Shown: positions 58,464-64,000 of the stretch, in pieces
How positions within the stretch are numbered: position 1 is the first letter of the stretch
Layout: every line of letters begins with the position of its first letter
NCBI GenBank assembly: GCA_964626755.1
Contig: CAZVGO010000004.1
Location: forward strand, 11,272 to 75,271
DNA: 64,000 bases
DNA from: an uncultured Anaerolineaceae bacterium
GTDB taxonomy: Bacteria; Chloroflexota; Limnocylindria; Limnocylindrales; CSP1-4
Direction of reading: 5' to 3'
Program-made: the position numbers and the translations under genes
The notes under the pieces: generated by a model
What the model was told of the DNA's origin: nothing
What the model saw: only the letters and a program-made list of their open reading frames with translations
Database searches by the model: none

Positions 58464-60821
58464 GTGCCCGAGTTCAGCCTCGTCGCCCCGTTCGAGCCGA
58501 CCGGCGACCAGCCCCAGGCGATCGATCGCCTCGTCTCCGGACTGGCTCGCGGCGTGCGCGACCAGGTGCTCCTCGGGGCGACCGGGACCGGCAAGACCTA
58601 CACGATCGCCCAGGCCATCGCCCGCCACCAGAAGCCGACGCTGGTCCTTGCCCACAACAAGACGCTCGCCGCCCAGCTGTACGCGGAGTTCCGGGAGTTC
58701 TTCCCGGACAACGCCGTCGAGTACTTCGTCAGCTACTTCGACTACTACCAGCCGGAGGCGTACCTGCCCCGGAGCGACACGTACATCGAGAAGGACTCGA
58801 GCCGGAACGACGAGATCGACCGGCTGCGCCACGCCGCCACCCACGCCCTGTTCGAGCGGCGGGACGTGATCATCGTGGCCAGCGTGTCGTGCATCTACGG
58901 CCTCGGGGCGCCGGTCGACTACGGGGCGACGATCCTCCGCCTCCGGCAGGGCGGCCAGTACCGTCGGGACTCGGTGCTCCGCCACCTTGTCGACCTCCAG
59001 TACCAGCGCAACGACGCTGCCCTCGGCCGGGCCCGCTTCCGGGTCAGGGGGGACACGCTGGAGTACCAGCCAGCCTCGGAGGAGACGCTGGTCCGGGTCG
59101 AGTTCTTCGGGGACGAGGTCGAGCGGATCACCGAGCTGGACCCGCTGACCGGCGAGCTCCTGGCCGAGCGCAAGGAGGTCAACGTCTACCCCGCGTCCCA
59201 CTACGTCACGCCGGCGGACAAGTTGAAGCTGGCGATCGGCGACATCGAGGTCGAGATGGAGGAGCGGGTCGGCCAGCTCGAGGCGGAGGGCCGGATCCTC
59301 GAGGCTGCCCGGCTCCGCCAGCGGACGACGTTCGACCTCGAGATGATGCGCGAGCTCGGCTTCTGCAGCGGGATCGAGAACTACTCCAGGCACCTGTCGC
59401 GGCGCGAGGCGGGCAGCCGGCCGTGGACGCTGCTCGACTACTTCCCGCCGGACTGGCTGCTCGTCGTCGACGAATCGCACATGACGATCCCCCAGGTCGT
59501 CGGGATGTACAAGAACGACCGGACCCGGAAGGAGATCCTCGTCGACTTCGGGTTCCGTCTCCCGTCCGCGCTCGACAACCGGCCCCTGACGTTCGAGGAG
59601 TTCCAGGGCCACCTCAACCAGGTGGTCTACATGAGCGCCACCCCGGGGCCCTACGAGCTCGAGCGGAGCGAGCAGGTCGTGGAGCAGCTCATCCGGCCGA
59701 CGGGGATCGTCGACCCGGTCATCAGCGTCCGCCCGACCGAGGGCCAGATCGATGACCTGCTCGAGGAGATCCGCCGCCGGGTCGAGCGCGGGGAGCGTGC
59801 GCTCGTGACGACGCTCACCAAGAAGATGGCGGAAGACCTCGCCGACTACCTCAAGGAGCTGGGGGTCAAGGTCCAGTACCTCCACAGCGAGGTCGACACC
59901 CTCGAGCGGGTCGCGATCCTGCGCGATCTCCGGCTCGGCGTCTACGACGTCCTCGTCGGGATCAACCTCCTGCGCGAGGGGATCGACCTGCCGGAGGTGA
60001 CCCTCGTGGCGATCCTCGATGCGGACAAGGAGGGGTTCCTGCGGTCCGCGTGGTCGCTCATCCAGATGATCGGCCGGGCCGCTCGCAACGTCGGCGGGGA
60101 GGTCGTCATGTACGCGGATCGGGTCACCGAGTCGATGCAGGCGGCAATCGGCGAGACGGACCGCCGGCGGAGCGTCCAGGAGGCGCACAACCGGGAACGC
60201 GGGATCGAGCCGACGACGATCATCAAGGAGATCCACGACATCAACGAGCGACTCCGGGTGGTCGCGGAGTCGACGACGATGTACACGGGCGAGCGGGGCC
60301 GCGACTTGTCGGACCTGGACCGGACGCGGGTGGAGCAGCTGGTCAGCCAGATGGAGGCCGAGATGAAGGCCGCGGCAAGGCAGCTCGAGTTCGAGCGCGC
60401 GGCGGCCCTCCGCGACGAGATCCAGCAGGTCCGCCTCCGCGTGCTCGAGGACGATGCCTCGACGATCGTCGCGAAGGCGGCCGAGCGGGCCGGGCGAGGC
60501 GGCGGACTCGTCGGCGCCGCGGACCGGAAGCGGGGCAGGGCGCTGACCGAGGCTCGGGCATCGACACCCTCGCTCGAGGTGACGTCCGTCACGGTGCTAC
60601 CCGCGGACGAGGAGCCGGCCGACACCCTGGACGGAGTGCCCGCGCCGGACGAGGGGACCGCGTCCGACTGGCTGCCGGGCATCCGCGACGAGCACGACGA
60701 CGACGGCGGCGGCTGGCAGGCACGCTGGCTCGACCGACCGACCTGGGACCACACCGTCACCCCGAACGTCGTCAAGCGCACGGGCACGCGCGCTCCGCGC
60801 CCCGGCCGAAGGCGTCGCTAG
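58464..60821 (+). CDS. uvrB: Excinuclease ABC subunit B, with an ~100-aa acidic/basic C-terminal extension
   Basis: GATGTGKT Walker A, helicase motifs, UVR domain ([14 protein letters not shown]). Confidence 0.9.
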   Translation: MPEFSLVAPFEPTGDQPQAIDRLVSGLARGVRDQVLLGATGTGKTYTIAQAIARHQKPTLVLAHNKTLAAQLYAEFREFFPDNAVEYFVSYFDYYQPEAYLPRSDTYIEKDSSRNDEIDRLRHAATHALFERRDVIIVASVSCIYGLGAPVDYGATILRLRQGGQYRRDSVLRHLVDLQYQRNDAALGRARFRVRGDTLEYQPASEETLVRVEFFGDEVERITELDPLTGELLAERKEVNVYPASHYVTPADKLKLAIGDIEVEMEERVGQLEAEGRILEAARLRQRTTFDLEMMRELGFCSGIENYSRHLSRREAGSRPWTLLDYFPPDWLLVVDESHMTIPQVVGMYKNDRTRKEILVDFGFRLPSALDNRPLTFEEFQGHLNQVVYMSATPGPYELERSEQVVEQLIRPTGIVDPVISVRPTEGQIDDLLEEIRRRVERGERALVTTLTKKMAEDLADYLKELGVKVQYLHSEVDTLERVAILRDLRLGVYDVLVGINLLREGIDLPEVTLVAILDADKEGFLRSAWSLIQMIGRAARNVGGEVVMYADRVTESMQAAIGETDRRRSVQEAHNRERGIEPTTIIKEIHDINERLRVVAESTTMYTGERGRDLSDLDRTRVEQLVSQMEAEMKAAARQLEFERAAALRDEIQQVRLRVLEDDASTIVAKAAERAGRGGGLVGAADRKRGRALTEARASTPSLEVTSVTVLPADEEPADTLDGVPAPDEGTASDWLPGIRDEHDDDGGGWQARWLDRPTWDHTVTPNVVKRTGTRAPRPGRRRR

Positions 60822-60839
60822 GACCGCGCCACCGCGCGG

Positions 60840-61658
60840 TCAGTGAGTCCAGCTCGTGAGCCAGCGCCAGTGCTTGCGCGTCCCGGGCGGCGGCTCGGCG
60901 CGGGCGTGGACGTCGGCGACGGGTCCCGCCACGAGGGCCTCGAGCCGGTGGGTGATCGTCCCGGCGAGCTCGCGCTCTTCGTTCGTTCCGGGAGCGGGGA
61001 GAGGCGCATCGGGCGGCAGGCCGGCGAGCTCCCGTGCCGTCACCGGTTCGAGGACGTGGAGGATGATCGTGCGTCCCAGGTACAGCTCGTGGGCGCCGCC
61101 GAGGACGAGCGGGACGATCCGGGCGCCCGACCTCAGCGCGAAGTACCCGATCCCCGGGCTGAGCGGCCTCGCGCGATCGACGGGCACCGCGGGCCCGACC
61201 TCCGGGAAGAGGCCGAAGACGGCGCCCGCGTCGATGACCGAGCGGGCAGCCTCGACGTGCTCCTCGAAGGCCTTGCGCCCGCCGCTTGGCCAGATCGGGA
61301 TGACCCCGCCGATCCGCGAGAAGACGAACCTCCGCAGACGGGACCGGTAGATGGCTCGCCCGTCGCCCAGCCAGTTGATCCGCGGCTCGACCGGCAGGAG
61401 CAGGGCGAGGACGAACGGATCGATCCACGTCCGGTGGGGGAGTCCCGCGGCGATCCAGCCGCCGGCCGGGCGTTCGTCCGGGCCGGTCGGAAGCCGCTCG
61501 GCGCCCTCGAGCCGGAACCGGAACCCGAGACACCGAGCGATCGCCCGACAGCCGAGCAACAGGAGCCGGTAGAAGCGGGGCGCCCGGGGCGAGGCGCGAC
61601 CGACGAGTCCGCCTGGCCGGGCTGAAGACGGTCGCGCGGGCATGTCGAGGCGGAGCAT
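60840..61658 (-). CDS. Lysophospholipid (1-acyl-glycerol-3-phosphate) acyltransferase family protein
   Basis: PHRTWIDP (HxxxxD) and the FPEVG motif. Confidence 0.7.
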   Translation of the reverse strand: MLRLDMPARPSSARPGGLVGRASPRAPRFYRLLLLGCRAIARCLGFRFRLEGAERLPTGPDERPAGGWIAAGLPHRTWIDPFVLALLLPVEPRINWLGDGRAIYRSRLRRFVFSRIGGVIPIWPSGGRKAFEEHVEAARSVIDAGAVFGLFPEVGPAVPVDRARPLSPGIGYFALRSGARIVPLVLGGAHELYLGRTIILHVLEPVTARELAGLPPDAPLPAPGTNEERELAGTITHRLEALVAGPVADVHARAEPPPGTRKHWRWLTSWTH

Positions 61659-61694
61659 ACGACTCTGGCTTCGGGGAATCGGTAGAGTCGGGAC

Positions 61695-62825
61695 GTGAAT
61701 TCAGCGCCCCTCGCCCCGCTCCGCGTCTGGCTCGAGCGCGACTACGACGGCGGACAGTGGGGGGCCTGGCTGCTCGACCTGCCCGGTGCCTTCTCGTGGG
61801 CACCCTCCAGGGCCCTGGCGCTGTCACAGTCGCCGTCGACCCTCGGCTGGTTCCGGGACTGGCTCGCCCGGCACGGCGAGCAGTCGGACCTCCCGGCGGT
61901 CGGTTCGGTCGAGGAGGTGGAGGCCGCCGCTGCGACGGTCGTCGACGGGTACGAGCGGAACGCCACGTTCGCGATGGACCGCCGCCCGGTGACAGCCGAT
62001 GAGCTGGAGGCGGCGATCCGGCGTCTCGATCACGCCCGTCACGACCTGGCAGGGGTCGCGACGGCAGTGCGCGCGCGCGAAGCCGCCTCCGGCGCACTCG
62101 AGACGGCGTCCGATGCAGGTGAGCGGACCCCGGATGAGGTCCTCCGTCACCTGGCGGGCGCGGAGGTCTGGCTCGGCAGCCGGCTCGATCCGGCGGCTCG
62201 CTTCGACGGCCCGCCGCGGGACGGTGAGCCAGACGCCTACCTCGAGGCGACTCGAGCGTGGGCAATCGCGAACCTCAGGCGGCTCCACGCGGCGGATCCG
62301 GGAGCGTCACGGACGGATGGCAAGGGCGAGTCGTGGACACTCGCCAAGGTCGTCCGGCGGTACGTCTACCACTCCATTGACCACCTCCGCGAGCTCGACC
62401 GCCGCCTCGGCCGCGCCGAGCGCCGCTCCGACCGCCTGTCATTCCGCACCGAGCGCCTCGAGGACGTGGCCCCGCTCATCCGGCTTCTTCGGTCGGTCGG
62501 CTGGGACCGCCGGACCCAGGATCCGGAACGTCTGCAGCGGGCGATCGCCGCGACCCACGCGATGGTCGGCGCGTGGGACGGCGACGAGCTGGTCGGCTTC
62601 ACACGCGAGCTCGGCGACGGCGAGATGAACGCGTTCCTGTCGATGGTTGTCGTCGATCCCCGCTGGCAGGGCTTCGGCATCGCGGATCGCCTCGTCCACG
62701 CGCTGATCGACGGCCGGCCGGATGTCCGGTTCAGCCTCGCCGCGGCCGACGGCGTCGACGCGTACTACCGGCGCTTCGGGTTCGAGCCGGACACGAACGC
62801 GATGGTGAAGCGGCGGAAGGCCTGA
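61695..62825 (+). CDS. Two-domain protein: N-terminal DinB/YfiT-like helical domain plus a C-terminal GNAT acetyltransferase
   Basis: C-terminal [33 protein letters not shown]...YYRRFGFEP (GNAT motifs A/B). GTG start at 61695. Confidence 0.6.
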   Translation: MNSAPLAPLRVWLERDYDGGQWGAWLLDLPGAFSWAPSRALALSQSPSTLGWFRDWLARHGEQSDLPAVGSVEEVEAAAATVVDGYERNATFAMDRRPVTADELEAAIRRLDHARHDLAGVATAVRAREAASGALETASDAGERTPDEVLRHLAGAEVWLGSRLDPAARFDGPPRDGEPDAYLEATRAWAIANLRRLHAADPGASRTDGKGESWTLAKVVRRYVYHSIDHLRELDRRLGRAERRSDRLSFRTERLEDVAPLIRLLRSVGWDRRTQDPERLQRAIAATHAMVGAWDGDELVGFTRELGDGEMNAFLSMVVVDPRWQGFGIADRLVHALIDGRPDVRFSLAAADGVDAYYRRFGFEPDTNAMVKRRKA

Positions 62826-62846
62826 TGTTCATGCCATGACATGGCA

Positions 62847-62860
62847 CGAACACCTGTTCC
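62847..62860 (+). promoter_or_regulatory. LexA (SOS) box upstream of uvrA
   Basis: CGAAC-ACCT-GTTCC matches the GAAC-N4-GTTC core, with one mismatch per half-site against TCGAAC-N4-GTTCGA. A 7-bp palindrome TGCCATGaCATGGCA lies adjacent at 62832..62846. The region is locally AT-rich. Confidence 0.6.
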
Positions 62861-62893
62861 AATTGAATCATCTCAAGTACACTTGATTCCGCC

Positions 62894-64000
62894 ATGCCCC
62901 AGGACCAGCTCGTCGTTCGCGGCGCTCGCGAGCACAACCTCAAGGACGTCACGGTCGCGTTTCCGCGCGACCGGCTCGTCGTCATCACCGGTCTGTCCGG
63001 CTCGGGCAAGAGCAGCCTCGCCTTCGACACGATCTATGCGGAGGGGCAGCGCCGCTACGTCGAGAGCCTGAGCGCCTACGCGCGCCAGTTCCTCGGCCAG
63101 ATGGAGAAGCCGGACGTCGACCAGATCGACGGCCTGTCGCCGGCGATCTCGATCGATCAGAAGGGCGCGAGTCGCAACCCGCGCTCGACGGTCGGAACGG
63201 TCACGGAGATCTACGACCATCTCCGGCTGCTCTTCGCCCGGGCTGGTCATCCTCACTGCCCGACGTGCGGCCGCGAGATCCAGCGCCAGTCCGTCCAGCA
63301 GATCGTCGACCAGGTCCTGTCGCTGCCGGAGGACACCCGGCTGCTCATCCTCGGGCCGCTCATCAAGGACCGCAAGACCGAGGGCGACCGTGTCTTCGAG
63401 GCCGCCCGGCGGCAGGGCTTTGTCCGAATCCGGGTCGATGGCGAGATGTACGACCTCGCCGACGCGCCGAAGCTCGACAAGTACAAGCGCCACAGCATCG
63501 AGGTCGTCGTCGACCGCTATGTCGTCCGTCACGCCGAGGCACCTGAGGGCGCGGCGCTCGACGCCGAGGGCCGGCCGATCGACCCGGCCACGGGCGAGCC
63601 GATCCCGGACCCGGACGCGACGCGGCTCGCCGACTCGGTCGAGACGGCGCTCCGTCTCGGCGAGGGCGTTGTGCTCATCGCACCCGCGTCGAGGGACGAT
63701 GCGCCGCCGGGCTTCGAGGAGCGACGCTACAGCGAGCGGTACACGTGCGCGTACGACGGCACCACGATCGATGAGCTCGAGCCGCGCAGCTTCTCGTTCA
63801 ACTCGCCGCACGGCGCCTGCCCCGCCTGCACCGGCCTCGGCACACGGCTCGAGATCGACCCGGCCCTCGTCATTCCGGACCGTTCGAAGAGCCTCGCCCA
63901 GGGCGCGCTCGTGCCGTGGTCGAGGATGCCGACGGACGCGTCGTGGCGGCTGAAGATCCTCGAGGCGATCTGCCGGGCCCACGGCTGGGACTTCAAGGCC
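62894..64000 (+). CDS. uvrA: Excinuclease ABC subunit A (5' portion; continues beyond the window)
   Basis: Hand-translated as [66 protein letters not shown]. The ORF is absent from the track because it has no stop within the window. Confidence 0.9.
   Translation, partial: MPQDQLVVRGAREHNLKDVTVAFPRDRLVVITGLSGSGKSSLAFDTIYAEGQRRYVESLSAYARQFLGQMEKPDVDQIDGLSPAISIDQKGASRNPRSTVGTVTEIYDHLRLLFARAGHPHCPTCGREIQRQSVQQIVDQVLSLPEDTRLLILGPLIKDRKTEGDRVFEAARRQGFVRIRVDGEMYDLADAPKLDKYKRHSIEVVVDRYVVRHAEAPEGAALDAEGRPIDPATGEPIPDPDATRLADSVETALRLGEGVVLIAPASRDDAPPGFEERRYSERYTCAYDGTTIDELEPRSFSFNSPHGACPACTGLGTRLEIDPALVIPDRSKSLAQGALVPWSRMPTDASWRLKILEAICRAHGWDFKA

Overview
This is a high-GC (~70% G+C) chromosomal segment of actinobacterial type, inferred from codon bias, TTG/GTG starts, a CIRCE element and TCGAAC-N4-GTTCGA SOS boxes. 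It is dominated by housekeeping and DNA-metabolism genes. On the plus strand these are a purN-purH fusion, a HAL-like lyase, metG, tatD, groES-groEL with CIRCE, a UvrD/PcrA helicase, an LldD-like dehydrogenase, ligA, gatC-gatA-(aminotransferase)-gatB, dnaE, an ECF sigma with two ZAS anti-sigma paralogs, polA, fpg, an ABC-F ATPase, coaE, uvrB, a DinB-like/GNAT fusion and the 5' part of uvrA. On the minus strand these are a four-gene BMP-family (nucleoside-type) ABC transporter operon, a CoA-binding protein, an SPFH protein, a small Zn-metallopeptidase, a TerB-like protein plus thioesterase, a Tad-pilus fragment (cpaB and a tadG-like gene) and an acyltransferase. The stand-out region is a ~9.7 kb integrated, phage-derived element at 37389..47076. 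It is inserted in the 3' end of tRNA-Leu(CAA) and bounded by perfect 57-bp direct repeats. It carries a tyrosine integrase, RHH and Xis-like regulators, a RepA-like AAA ATPase replication protein with an iteron-like TGACA repeat cluster, a possible P27-like small terminase, a short tape-measure-like protein and several unknown small/zinc-ribbon ORFs. No capsid, portal, large terminase or lysis genes are present. It therefore looks like a compact phage satellite or minimal prophage rather than a complete phage. Many long ORFs in the six-frame track are antisense or high-GC artefacts and were not called.
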